Of a DNA stretch of 64,000 nucleotides, positions 37,860-47,040 are shown piece by piece (the stretch's first letter is position 1; each line of letters begins with the position of its first letter). A program made the translations under genes and the position numbers. The DNA comes from Candidatus Aminicenantes bacterium (GTDB lineage: Bacteria; Acidobacteriota; Aminicenantia; Aminicenantales; UBA4085). Below the pieces are notes generated by a model. The model was given only the letters and a program-made list of their open reading frames with translations. It was not told where the DNA came from and ran no database searches. Location: NCBI GenBank assembly GCA_026393855.1, contig JAPKZJ010000071.1, forward strand, positions 12,567 to 76,566, in the 5' to 3' direction.

Positions 37860-38987
37860 TCACTCCAACCGTTTCTTGAAGCGGGCGATGCTCAAGGCCA
37901 GCACGACCGCGCCGAAGACGGCCATGGCCGCGGCCTCGTCCCACAGCTCCGCCCAACCCGATCCCTTGAGGAAGATGCCGCGGATGACCGAGAAGAAATA
38001 CTTGATCGGGACGACCGTGGTCACGGCCCGGAAGAAGCCGGGCATGGTCTCGATGGGAAAGACGAAGTTCGACAGCAGGATCATCGGGATCATGAAGAAG
38101 ACAGCCGTCAGCATGGCTTGTTGCTGGTTGCGGGAGATGGTCGAGATAAACAGGCCCAGGCTTAGGGTCGTCAGCATGAAGATGAGGCTCATGCCGCCAA
38201 GAAGCAGACCGCTCCCCCGGAGCGGGATATGGAATCCGAACACCACCAGGCTGGTCACCAAGACGACTTCAACGACTCCGATGAACAAGAACGGCAGGAG
38301 CTTGCCCAGGATGATCTGACCGGGACGGATCGGGGTCACAATGAGCTGCTCCAGGGTGCCCGTCTCTTTCTCCCGGACAATCCCCATCGAGCTCAGCATC
38401 ATGGTCATGATCATCAGAATCAATCCCAGGACCCCGGGCACGAGGAAGTTGCGGCTTTTCAAGTCGGGATTGTAGAAGACTCGGACCTCCGGCGTGATCA
38501 GCACCGGCTGCAGACGGGCACCGCGCAGGCGGACGAAAGTCTCCACAAGCAGGGATTGGGAGAATCGGGACGTGATCATGGCGGCGTAGTTGAGTCCGAT
38601 GGTCGCCGATTGGCTCTCCGTGCCGTCGGCGATGATCTGGGCTACGGCCCCCCGACCAGCCAGGAGCCGCTCGCCGAAGCCGCGGGGGATGATCATGGCC
38701 ATGGCGGCATCGCCGCGGTCGATCCGGACATCGATCTGATCGGGCCTTTCAACGTCTTCCAGCCGCGAGAAATAGCCGGAGTGGAAGAACGCGTCCAGAT
38801 AGGAGCGGCTCTGCGGCGTCCGGTCCTGGTCGCAGACGACCGAGGGGATGTCCCGCACGTCCATGTTCACGGCGTAACCCAGCAGCAGCAATTGGAGGAT
38901 AGGCGAAATAAAGAGGATAGGCGCCATTCGCTTGTCGCGGCGGAGCTGGATGAACTCCTTCTTCAGCACGGCCAGGATGGCTTTCAT
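37860..38987 (-). CDS. ABC-2 type transporter permease (YbhR/YbhS-like)
   Basis: N-terminal KKEFIQLRRDKR motif, large periplasmic loop, then 5 TM segments; 375 aa. The start overlaps the upstream gene's stop. Confidence 0.8.
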   Translation of the reverse strand: MKAILAVLKKEFIQLRRDKRMAPILFISPILQLLLLGYAVNMDVRDIPSVVCDQDRTPQSRSYLDAFFHSGYFSRLEDVERPDQIDVRIDRGDAAMAMIIPRGFGERLLAGRGAVAQIIADGTESQSATIGLNYAAMITSRFSQSLLVETFVRLRGARLQPVLITPEVRVFYNPDLKSRNFLVPGVLGLILMIMTMMLSSMGIVREKETGTLEQLIVTPIRPGQIILGKLLPFLFIGVVEVVLVTSLVVFGFHIPLRGSGLLLGGMSLIFMLTTLSLGLFISTISRNQQQAMLTAVFFMIPMILLSNFVFPIETMPGFFRAVTTVVPIKYFFSVIRGIFLKGSGWAELWDEAAAMAVFGAVVLALSIARFKKRLE

Positions 38988-40171
38988 CGCGCCCTCCCCT
39001 TGACCCGCTCCTCACCCGAGGTCCGGCGCAGGCGGGCCGTGCTGACGACGATGGTCAGGATCGCGAACGCCGCCAGGAAGAGCATCTGGTCCCAAAAGGC
39101 CGCAATCCCGACCCCCTTGATCATAAGGTCCCGCAGGGCGGACAGAAAATAGCGGGCCGGGACGAGGGCGCTCACGGCCCGGATGATCCCCGGCATGTTG
39201 CGGATCGGAAAGACAAAGCCCGACAGGATGAAAGTCGGCAGGAAAGTGGTCAAGATCGAGATCATGAACGCCACCTGCTGGGTCCGGGTCACGGTCGATA
39301 TGAGGATGCCCTGGCCCAGTCCGCCCAACAGGAACAGCCCCATGACCAACAGGAGAAGCGGGTAGCTGCCCCGGATGGGGACGCCGAACAAGATCCAGCC
39401 CAGGCCCAGGACTAGATGGGCCGAGAGAAGCGAGATCAGAACGTAAGGAACGGTCTTGCCGACGATCAGGGCGAAGGGCCGGACAGGCGAGACGAGAATC
39501 TGCTCCATGGTCCCCCGCTCCTTCTCCCGAACGATGGAGAACGCGGTCGAGATGACTACGATGATCATGAGGATAAAGGCCATCAGCCCCGGGACGAGAA
39601 AGAGGGCGCTGCGCAGTTCCGGGTTGTACCAGACCCGGACCTCGGCCTGAACGGGAAGCGCAGGGCCGCGAAAGCCACGCCCATCCAGGACTCGGGTCGT
39701 CATCCGGATCGAAGCACCCTGGACGATGGCAGCGATATAGCCGGCCGCCGTCCCCGCGCTGGTGGCGTTCGTGCCGTCCAGGAGGACCTGGATCTCCGCT
39801 CCGCCGGCCGAGGCCAGATCCTCGGCGAACCCGCGCGGAACGACGACAGCGACCCGGGCCTTGTCGAGCCCGAACAGGCCGTCCACCTGGCGAGGATCGT
39901 CCAGGCGGAATCGGATGTCGAAGTATTCCGTCGTCCCCAGCCGCTCCAGGAAATCCCGGCTCTCCGGGCTCCTGTCTTGGTCGCAGACGGCCATCGGGAT
40001 GTGCTTGAAGTCGAAATTCAGGGCATAGCCGTACATCAGCAGCAGGAAACCGGGCAGGGCCAGGAGGAAGATGAGGGTCCGCGGATCGCGGCGGATCTGC
40101 CTGAACTCCTTGCGGATGATGGGCCGAATGGAGGAGAACCCGGCCGCGAGTCCAAGCCGCCGCGCCCTCAC
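38984..40171 (-). CDS. ABC-2 type transporter permease (second paralog)
   Basis: IRKEFRQIRRDPRTL then the same topology as the previous gene. The likely GTG start at 40171 is preceded by GGGAGG and overlaps the ATPase stop (GTGA). The ORF-track extension to 40363 lies inside the ATPase gene. Confidence 0.8.
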   Translation of the reverse strand: MRARRLGLAAGFSSIRPIIRKEFRQIRRDPRTLIFLLALPGFLLLMYGYALNFDFKHIPMAVCDQDRSPESRDFLERLGTTEYFDIRFRLDDPRQVDGLFGLDKARVAVVVPRGFAEDLASAGGAEIQVLLDGTNATSAGTAAGYIAAIVQGASIRMTTRVLDGRGFRGPALPVQAEVRVWYNPELRSALFLVPGLMAFILMIIVVISTAFSIVREKERGTMEQILVSPVRPFALIVGKTVPYVLISLLSAHLVLGLGWILFGVPIRGSYPLLLLVMGLFLLGGLGQGILISTVTRTQQVAFMISILTTFLPTFILSGFVFPIRNMPGIIRAVSALVPARYFLSALRDLMIKGVGIAAFWDQMLFLAAFAILTIVVSTARLRRTSGEERVKGRAR

Positions 40172-41112
40172 CGGCCCGCCTCCCGGTCGCTGTCCTCGAT
40201 GCGGCGCAGAAAGACGTCCTCGAGTGAAGGAACGATGCGGTCGGCTCGCCGCAGCGCAATGCCGGCCTCCGCCAACCGGGCCGCGAGCCGCCGCCGCCCC
40301 TCCTCCTCGTCGGCGACCCCGACGTGCAGAAGGACGCCGAAGATCGAGATGTCGCGGACCCAAGGCTCCCGACGAAAAAGATCGAGAGCTTCGACGACCC
40401 GATCACATTCGACTTCCAGTATCGGATTGCGAATGGTGGCCGCCTTGAGTGCCGAGGGGCTGCCCGCGCCGACGATCCGGCCGGCATGGATGAGGCGGAT
40501 GTCGTTGCACGATTCGGCTTCGTCGAGATAATGGGTGGTGACGAAGATCGTAACGCCGGCTTCCGACAGCCGGTTGATGAGGTCCCAGAAGGCCCGCCGC
40601 GACACGGGATCGACACCGCCCGTCGGCTCGTCCAGAAAGACGATCCCCGGCTCATGCAGAACGGCGCAGCCAAGGGCCAGGCGCTGCCGCCAGCCTTGGG
40701 ACAGATGCCGGGTCAGGCTTCGCTCGCGACCTTTCAGGCCGGCCATCGCCAGGACCCAAGCCAGGCGTGCTTGCAGGGCCGCGGAGGCCATTCCGTAAAC
40801 GCCGCCGAAGAAGAGAATATTTTCCTCGACGGTCAGATCCTCATAGAGCGAGAATCGTTGCGACATGTAACCGATCGAGCGCTTGACCATTTCCGGGGCT
40901 CGGCGGATGTCATGGCCCGCCACCAGGGCCGTCCCCGAGGTCGGCTCGAGCAGGCCGCAGAGCATCCGGATGGTCGTCGATTTGCCGGCCCCATTGGCCC
41001 CGAGGAAGCCAAAGATATCCCCCCGCCGGACATCGAAGCTGATGGAGTCGACGGCGAGAAAGTCACCGAACCTCTTGCTTAGGTTCCGGACCTCGATCGC
41101 ACTCGTCGCCAT
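40168..41112 (-). CDS. ABC transporter ATP-binding protein
   Basis: Walker A GANGAGKST, signature LSQGWRQRL, Walker B IVFLDEPT, H-loop TTHYLDEA. The ATG at 41112 is preceded by GGAGG. The long N-terminal extension in the ORF track is not used. Confidence 0.85.
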   Translation of the reverse strand: MATSAIEVRNLSKRFGDFLAVDSISFDVRRGDIFGFLGANGAGKSTTIRMLCGLLEPTSGTALVAGHDIRRAPEMVKRSIGYMSQRFSLYEDLTVEENILFFGGVYGMASAALQARLAWVLAMAGLKGRERSLTRHLSQGWRQRLALGCAVLHEPGIVFLDEPTGGVDPVSRRAFWDLINRLSEAGVTIFVTTHYLDEAESCNDIRLIHAGRIVGAGSPSALKAATIRNPILEVECDRVVEALDLFRREPWVRDISIFGVLLHVGVADEEEGRRRLAARLAEAGIALRRADRIVPSLEDVFLRRIEDSDREAGR

Positions 41113-41126
41113 CCCCTTGCCTCCGC

Positions 41127-42494
41127 TCATGCCGCCGTCGCGCGGCGCAGCCGGGTCCTGGCCAGTTCGAGATCGATCAACGCCTGCGTCCGGCTGGTCT
41201 TGGCCTGCAGGACGAAGAGCTCGGCATCGAGGACATCGGAGCTCAGGGCGACGCCGTCTTTGAATCGATCGCCGGTGACGCGAAAATTCTCCTCGGCCTG
41301 GGCCGCGGCCGCGTCGGCGGCGGTGATTCTCTCCCGGGCTTGGCGGACAGCCAACCAGGCTTGGGTGACCTCGAGCGCGATCTGTTCGTTCAGGATCCCC
41401 AACGCGTCGCGGGCCTGAGTCCGCTGCGCCTCGGCCTGCTTCGTCTGCAAACCGGTTTGGTTGCCGTTCCAAAGATCGTACGAGACGGTCAAGCCTAGGT
41501 CCCAAGTTCCGTAGAACTTGTCTTCCGTGGGCAGAAGCCTCGGATTCGGCCGCAAGAGGTGATAGTTGCCGCCGACGAAGACTTGCGGGAGAAGGCCCGC
41601 CCGGGCCATGGCGACACTGGCTTCGGCCGCCTGGACGCGCAGGCCCATGGCTTTAAGCTCGGGCCGGCCGGCCAGGGCCCGGGCCATGAGCTCGTCCAGC
41701 GTCGTTCCTCCCTCGATCCCGTCGCCGACACCCAGGGCGATGTCGCAGACGCCGGTCCGGAGGTCGAACTCCGTAATGAGCGGCAAACCGAGCAGGCTGG
41801 CCAGGAAGACTTGCGAGGATTGAACGCCGGTCTTCCCCTCAACGAGTAGAAGGTCCGCGCCGGCCAGTTGGGCCTGGACCTTGAGGACATCGTTGCGGGT
41901 CGCCAGTCCCTGCGCCAGAAGGTTGGATACGTTCTTTAAGTGGGCCTCGAGGCGGCTCCGGTTCTCGCTAGCCACAGCCAGCATCTCCGAGGCCCGGAAA
42001 GCGGTCCAGTAGGCCGTCCGCGCCCCCGCCTCGACGTCGGCTTTGTCCTTGAGCCCGTCCTGGGTCGAGGCCTGTTCGGCCAGGCGCGAGGCCTCGGCCG
42101 CCTTTTTCAGCCGGAAGCCGGTGAAAACGGGCTGCTGCACGCTCAGCCGGACCGTGTAGTTGTTGAAGTAGACAGGCGAAACGACGAACTTGGAGGCTAC
42201 GGGAAACGGCAGGCTTGAGAGGAACGGCAGGCTGATCTCGAAAGGCGGGACTTCGCTCAACCGGGTATAGCCACCAGAGAAGCGCAGGGCCGGCAGGCGG
42301 GCCGCCGCGACTTCGCGGGTCCGGGCCGCCGCCTCGTCCGTCCGGGCCCGGGCGGCATCCAGCCCCAGGCTGTGGGCGACGGCTAGAGAGACCGCGTCCT
42401 CGACCGTCAGGGCTTTCCGCTCGGCTGCCGCGGCGGCCAGACAAGCGGCGATCGCCAGCGCGGCGGCAAAGGCCGTCCGTTTAGTTGATTTCAT
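41127..42494 (-). CDS. TolC-family outer-membrane efflux protein
   Basis: Signal peptide. Two repeated halves of alternating helical/strand segments; 455 aa; typical OEP-family N-terminus (LTVEDAVSLAVAHSLGLDAARARTDEAAAR). Confidence 0.8.
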   Translation of the reverse strand: MKSTKRTAFAAALAIAACLAAAAAERKALTVEDAVSLAVAHSLGLDAARARTDEAAARTREVAAARLPALRFSGGYTRLSEVPPFEISLPFLSSLPFPVASKFVVSPVYFNNYTVRLSVQQPVFTGFRLKKAAEASRLAEQASTQDGLKDKADVEAGARTAYWTAFRASEMLAVASENRSRLEAHLKNVSNLLAQGLATRNDVLKVQAQLAGADLLLVEGKTGVQSSQVFLASLLGLPLITEFDLRTGVCDIALGVGDGIEGGTTLDELMARALAGRPELKAMGLRVQAAEASVAMARAGLLPQVFVGGNYHLLRPNPRLLPTEDKFYGTWDLGLTVSYDLWNGNQTGLQTKQAEAQRTQARDALGILNEQIALEVTQAWLAVRQARERITAADAAAAQAEENFRVTGDRFKDGVALSSDVLDAELFVLQAKTSRTQALIDLELARTRLRRATAA

Positions 42495-43440
42495 GCTCGT
42501 TCTCCTGCCCGCCGCCCCGGGTAACGGCGATGAACACGTTTTCCAGGGAAGGCGGGATGACGCGCCAGCCGCGGATCTCGATGCCGGCCGCGGCTAAAGC
42601 GGCGGCGGCAATCGGGCGGGCCCGCTCAGCCGAGGCCGCAACGACGTGGATACGGTCGCCGAAAATCTGGACCCCGTCGAATTCGGGGTGCTCCTTGAGA
42701 AGGAAATAGGCTCGGCGGGTTTCGGAACAGACGAGCTCGGCCACCTGACCCGGCATCAGGGCCTTGACGGCTTGGGGCGTGTCCGCAGCGACAAGGCGGC
42801 CTCGGTCGAGCAATCCGACCTGTGAGGATCGCTCGGCCTCATCCAAATAGGGGGTCGTCATAAGAATGGTGATGCCCGTTCGGAGCAGGTCGGAGAGAAT
42901 CGTCCAAAACTCTCGCCGCGAGACGGGATCGACGCCGGTCGTCGGCTCGTCCAAGAGTAAAAGCCGGGGCTGATGGATGAGCGTGCAAGCCAGGCCCAGC
43001 TTTTGCCGCATGCCTCCGGACAGCCGGTCGGCCAGGCGTGTTCGGAAAGGGGCTAGCCGGGTAAAAGCCAGCAGCTCCTCGCGCCGGGATCGGTAATCGC
43101 GCTGACTATGGATCTCGGCAAAGAATTCGATGTTCTCGTCCACGGTCAGATCGCCATAGAGGCTGAAGCGCTGGGAAAGGTAGCCGATCCGGCTCTTAGC
43201 CGCCCCATCCGCTTGGGCGATATCGCCGCCGAGGACGACGGCCCGCCCGGATGTCGGCCGAAGGATGCCGCAGAGCATGCGGATCAGGGTGGTCTTTCCG
43301 GCCCCGTCGGGGCCGACCAGGCTGAACATCTCCCCTTCCCGGATCCGCAGATCGACCGAGCGGACCGCCTCCAAGCCGTCGAACGACTTCGACAGGGATT
43401 TGGTCTCGATCGCCCATCCGGCCATGGCGGCTCCGCTCAA
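42481..43440 (-). CDS. ABC transporter ATP-binding protein (second ATPase)
   Basis: Walker A GPDGAGKTT, signature LSGGMRQKL, Walker B LLLLDEPT. Overlaps the TolC start and the HlyD stop. Confidence 0.85.
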   Translation of the reverse strand: MSGAAMAGWAIETKSLSKSFDGLEAVRSVDLRIREGEMFSLVGPDGAGKTTLIRMLCGILRPTSGRAVVLGGDIAQADGAAKSRIGYLSQRFSLYGDLTVDENIEFFAEIHSQRDYRSRREELLAFTRLAPFRTRLADRLSGGMRQKLGLACTLIHQPRLLLLDEPTTGVDPVSRREFWTILSDLLRTGITILMTTPYLDEAERSSQVGLLDRGRLVAADTPQAVKALMPGQVAELVCSETRRAYFLLKEHPEFDGVQIFGDRIHVVAASAERARPIAAAALAAAGIEIRGWRVIPPSLENVFIAVTRGGGQENEHEIN

Positions 43441-44408
43441 CGGCCCTGATCGGTCAGAACGGCGTCCGCCGGCAGGCCCGGCTTGAGCAGGCCGTCCCGA
43501 TTGTCGATCTCGATCTTGACGCCGAAGACCAGCTTGACGCGGTCCTCGCGGGTCTGGACGTTTTTGGGCGTGAATTCGGCCTCGGGCGAGATGTAGGTGA
43601 TCGTCCCGGGGATTTTCCGCCCGGGGGCGCCGTCGATCGAGATGTCGGCCCGCCCTCCGAGCTTGACGCGGGCCAGCTCGACTTCGGTGACATAGATCAT
43701 CACGTGAACGCGATCCAATTCCGAAACGACGGCCACGGTCGCACCGGCCGCGATGAGCTCGCCCCGCTCGACCGGGACCTGGGTGACGACGCCGGAGACC
43801 GGTGAGACGAGGTCGCAGTCGGCGATCGCCTTGCGCAAAAGGTCGGATGCCGCCTGGGCTTGATCCAGGCGGGCCCGGGCGGCCCGAAGCTCCTCCGGCC
43901 GGGCCAAAGTCCGAGACTTTTTAAGGGCCTCGGCCGCGGCTGATGTTTGGGCCCGGGTTACGATCAGGCGGGACGCCGCATCCTCGGCTTGCTTGGCCGT
44001 GACGCTGCCCTTGGCCGCCAGATCGCGCATGCGGCGGTCGTCCTCCTCGGCCGTCTTGAGGACGGACTCGGCTTGGCGAAAAGCCTCTTCGACCTGCCGG
44101 ATGTCTTCGGCCCGGGCTCCGGACTTGAGCAGATCTAACTGGGCCTGGGCCAGGACGGCCCCCGCCTCGGCCTGCCGCAATTGGATATCGAGCCCGGCAT
44201 GGTCGATCGAAGCGATCGGGTCGCCCGGCTTGACGCGATCGCCTTCCTTGACCGGAAGCGCAAGTAGATCGCCCGCGATCTTAGCCGAAAGACGGACTTG
44301 GCGGGCCTCGATAGTCCCCGAAGCGCGAAGCGGCCCATCCGCCGGCCCTCGGACGCAGGCGGCAGCGAGGCAGAGAGGGATGACAGCCGCGAGGAGGCGT
44401 CGGCTCAT
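43437..44408 (-). CDS. HlyD-family membrane fusion (periplasmic adaptor) protein
   Basis: Signal/anchor; biotinyl/lipoyl-like hairpin-forming coiled-coil region; C-terminal beta-barrel domain; 323 aa. Confidence 0.8.
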   Translation of the reverse strand: MSRRLLAAVIPLCLAAACVRGPADGPLRASGTIEARQVRLSAKIAGDLLALPVKEGDRVKPGDPIASIDHAGLDIQLRQAEAGAVLAQAQLDLLKSGARAEDIRQVEEAFRQAESVLKTAEEDDRRMRDLAAKGSVTAKQAEDAASRLIVTRAQTSAAAEALKKSRTLARPEELRAARARLDQAQAASDLLRKAIADCDLVSPVSGVVTQVPVERGELIAAGATVAVVSELDRVHVMIYVTEVELARVKLGGRADISIDGAPGRKIPGTITYISPEAEFTPKNVQTREDRVKLVFGVKIEIDNRDGLLKPGLPADAVLTDQGR

Positions 44409-45100
44409 GATCGACCGTCCTTTGCCGGCGGAATGGAGCGCGGGAGCCGGCGGGAGAATTCCGAGCGGCCTCGATTCGTCAAGAGGCCTTGGAAAAAGAC
44501 CTGGAGGATCGCCCCGAACAGATCGGAAGCGGGGCGGCCGTAGCGCAGGATGGCGTCCGGGTTGAGATAGCGCTCGACGAGGCCGATATACATATCCAAA
44601 ACGAGGTCGATGTCGACGTCGCCGCGGAAGACGCCGTCGTCGATGCCTCCCCGCAAGACGAGCGAGAAATTAGCCCGCAGCTTCTCGCGGCGGAAGGCGT
44701 CGATAGCCGTCCAGATATGGGGCGCGCTACGGCGCAGATCGTCCAGGAAGAGCGGGCTGATCGAGGCAAACAGCGTCCCTATGGTGGCCATCAGGGCCGA
44801 GACCCGCTCGACGAAACCGGCCTTGCGGTCCGAAGCGGCGGCCTCGATGCGAGTCATCGTCTCGCCGATCGTACGCCGGACGACCGCCAGGAGAAGGTCC
44901 TCCTTGCCGGCGAAGACGGTATACAGGGTGGCTTTCCCGATCCCCAGCCGGGAGGCGATCTCGTCCATCGTCACCCGGTTGAAGCCGGAGCGGAAGAAGA
45001 GGCCCCGGGCCGTTTCGACGATCCGGTCGCGAAACGGGTCGGCGGGGCCCACTTTCTTCCCTTCCGGATCTAATACTTTAAAAACTTTCGAGGTTCTCAC
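44405..45100 (-). CDS. TetR/AcrR-family transcriptional regulator
   Basis: HTH block IVETARGLFFRSGFNRVTMDEIASRLGIGKATLYTVF. First gene of the coupled efflux operon. Confidence 0.8.
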   Translation of the reverse strand: MRTSKVFKVLDPEGKKVGPADPFRDRIVETARGLFFRSGFNRVTMDEIASRLGIGKATLYTVFAGKEDLLLAVVRRTIGETMTRIEAAASDRKAGFVERVSALMATIGTLFASISPLFLDDLRRSAPHIWTAIDAFRREKLRANFSLVLRGGIDDGVFRGDVDIDLVLDMYIGLVERYLNPDAILRYGRPASDLFGAILQVFFQGLLTNRGRSEFSRRLPRSIPPAKDGRS

Positions 45101-45156
45101 AGTTCTATGATCGTGCGTGAGGGCGCTCTTGTCAAGTCAGGATTTCAAAGAAACGG

Positions 45157-45843
45157 CTAGCGTCCGGACGAGGCGGCCGGCTCTGCCCCATCCGCGAGGC
45201 AGGATTCGATATGTTCCGCGGCGTCGTCCAGACAGGCGGCGATGTAATCGGCCGGCGAGAAATCGTGGCGTCGCGTATATTCGTTGGGAACGGCGATCAC
45301 ATAGCAGCCGGCCTGCCGGCCGGCCAGGACTCCGTTGCCCGAGTCTTCGAGCACGGCGCAGGCAGCTGGCGGAAGGCCTAGTCTCGCGCAAGTCGAGAGA
45401 AAAATCTCGGGATCGGGCTTCCCCGTGGCGATGTCGTCGGAATCCTGCAGGATGTCGAAGACGCCATCCAAGCGGAGCCTGGCGACGACGATGCGCAGGA
45501 ACTCGCTCTGCGCGCCGGTGGCCACCGCCAGCTTCAGCCGGCCGCGGAATCTCTGCAGGATCCGGCCGAGCCCGGGCATGGCCGCCACCTCGTTGCGCAG
45601 CTTGTCCCGCATCAAGCCATTTCGGATCTCATAGGCCTTCTCGGCCGAGATCGGCAGGCCCGTCTCGCGGACGTAGATCTCCAGGCTCTCGAGCGGCTTA
45701 CGGCCCATCATCTGCCGCAGGGTTTCTTCGCTCACCTCGCGGCCATAAGAGCGGGCCATCTCGTGCTCGGCGGTGAAGTAGAGCCGCTCGCTGTCGATCA
45801 TCAGCCCGTCCATGTCGAAGATCAGGGCGCGGAGGGAGGTCAT
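45157..45843 (-). CDS. HAD-IA family hydrolase (beta-phosphoglucomutase/phosphatase-like)
   Basis: Motif I LIFDMDGLMIDSE and motif III/IV GKPDP...VLEDSGNGVLAGRQAG. Likely start at MTSLRAL (45843). Confidence 0.75.
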   Translation of the reverse strand: MTSLRALIFDMDGLMIDSERLYFTAEHEMARSYGREVSEETLRQMMGRKPLESLEIYVRETGLPISAEKAYEIRNGLMRDKLRNEVAAMPGLGRILQRFRGRLKLAVATGAQSEFLRIVVARLRLDGVFDILQDSDDIATGKPDPEIFLSTCARLGLPPAACAVLEDSGNGVLAGRQAGCYVIAVPNEYTRRHDFSPADYIAACLDDAAEHIESCLADGAEPAASSGR

Positions 45844-45960
45844 GCGCAAATATCCTTTCCGGAAGGTCAAAGCGTCATTGTATCAGGTCGCTCCTCTCTT
45901 GCACATCCACTCACGTTCGATTATCATGAGGTTAATGATCGAAGAGTTGGAGGGTGCCCT

Positions 45961-47031
45961 TTGAAATCACTGCGCGTCGCCCTCATCTACAATTCCTACC
46001 AGGACTCCCAGCCCGGCGAAGCGACCGATCACGGCAGTGTCGACCATCTGCGCTCGATGATCCGCCGCATGGCCCGGGCCATCCGCCGCCTCGGGCATAC
46101 CGTGGAGATCGTTCCGCTGGCCGACGACCTGGCCGCCCTGCAGCGCAAGCTCCGCCGGATTCGGCCCGATGTCGTCTTCAATCAGTACGACGACGTCGTC
46201 CACGGAGCTCTCTACGAAATGCGCGTCGCCGCCTTCATCCGCATGCTGGGCTTTCCCATGACCGGATCGCCCGCCTTGAGCCTGGGATTAAGCCGGGACA
46301 AATTCATGGCCATCAGTCTGCTCAAGGGCGCCGAGATCCCCATCCCGCCCGACACCGCGCTCATCGAGCGCGTATCCCAGATCGAGACGCGCCAATGGCG
46401 CTTCCCGCTGATCATCCACCCGGGCCAGGAGCATGCCGGGATCGGCCTCGATCGCCAATCGGTCGTCGAAACCAAAAAAGCCCTGCGCGAGAAGGTCCGG
46501 GAGGTCATCCGCGAATACAACCAGCCCGTGCTCGTCCAGCGGTTCCTGCCGGGGCGCGAGTTCAACGTCGGTGTCATCGGCGGCCGCCGCCTGCGGATCC
46601 TGCCGCTGGCCGAGGTGGATTATTCCGGATTGCCGGAAAGCATCCCCCCGATCATGTCCTACGCCGCCAAGTGGATTTCAACTTCGGTCGAGTATAAGCG
46701 GACTCGGGTCATCTGCCCGGCCAAGGTCGATCCATCCTTGGCCGCCCGCATCGGCGAGGTCGCAGCCAAAGGCTTCCGGACCATCGGCGGATGGGGCTAC
46801 GGGCGGGTCGACATGCGGCTTGACGAAAACGGGGAGCCGCGCGTGCTCGAGGTCAACTGCAATCCTTGCCTGGACGACGGCATGGGTTTGGCCCGAGCGG
46901 CCAAGCGGGCCGGCATCTCCTACTCCGAGCTTCTGGGATTGGTCATTAAGACCGCTTTCGATCCCCCGCCCTTCGACCTGAACCTGCCGATCTTCACCCT
47001 CAAGCCGAAGCCCCTGCCCAGGGGCAAATAG
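45961..47031 (+). CDS. ATP-grasp enzyme of the D-alanine--D-alanine ligase family
   Basis: TTG start 6 nt after GGAGGG. N-terminal pre-ATP-grasp domain (RVALIYNSY...VEIVPL), central ATP-grasp with VLVQRFLPGREFNVGVIG, C-terminal GYGRVDMRLDENGEPRVLEVNCNP (Ddl-like). The ORF-track start at 45763 overlaps the HAD gene. Confidence 0.7.
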   Translation: MKSLRVALIYNSYQDSQPGEATDHGSVDHLRSMIRRMARAIRRLGHTVEIVPLADDLAALQRKLRRIRPDVVFNQYDDVVHGALYEMRVAAFIRMLGFPMTGSPALSLGLSRDKFMAISLLKGAEIPIPPDTALIERVSQIETRQWRFPLIIHPGQEHAGIGLDRQSVVETKKALREKVREVIREYNQPVLVQRFLPGREFNVGVIGGRRLRILPLAEVDYSGLPESIPPIMSYAAKWISTSVEYKRTRVICPAKVDPSLAARIGEVAAKGFRTIGGWGYGRVDMRLDENGEPRVLEVNCNPCLDDGMGLARAAKRAGISYSELLGLVIKTAFDPPPFDLNLPIFTLKPKPLPRGK

Positions 47032-47040
47032 GTTTCGGCC

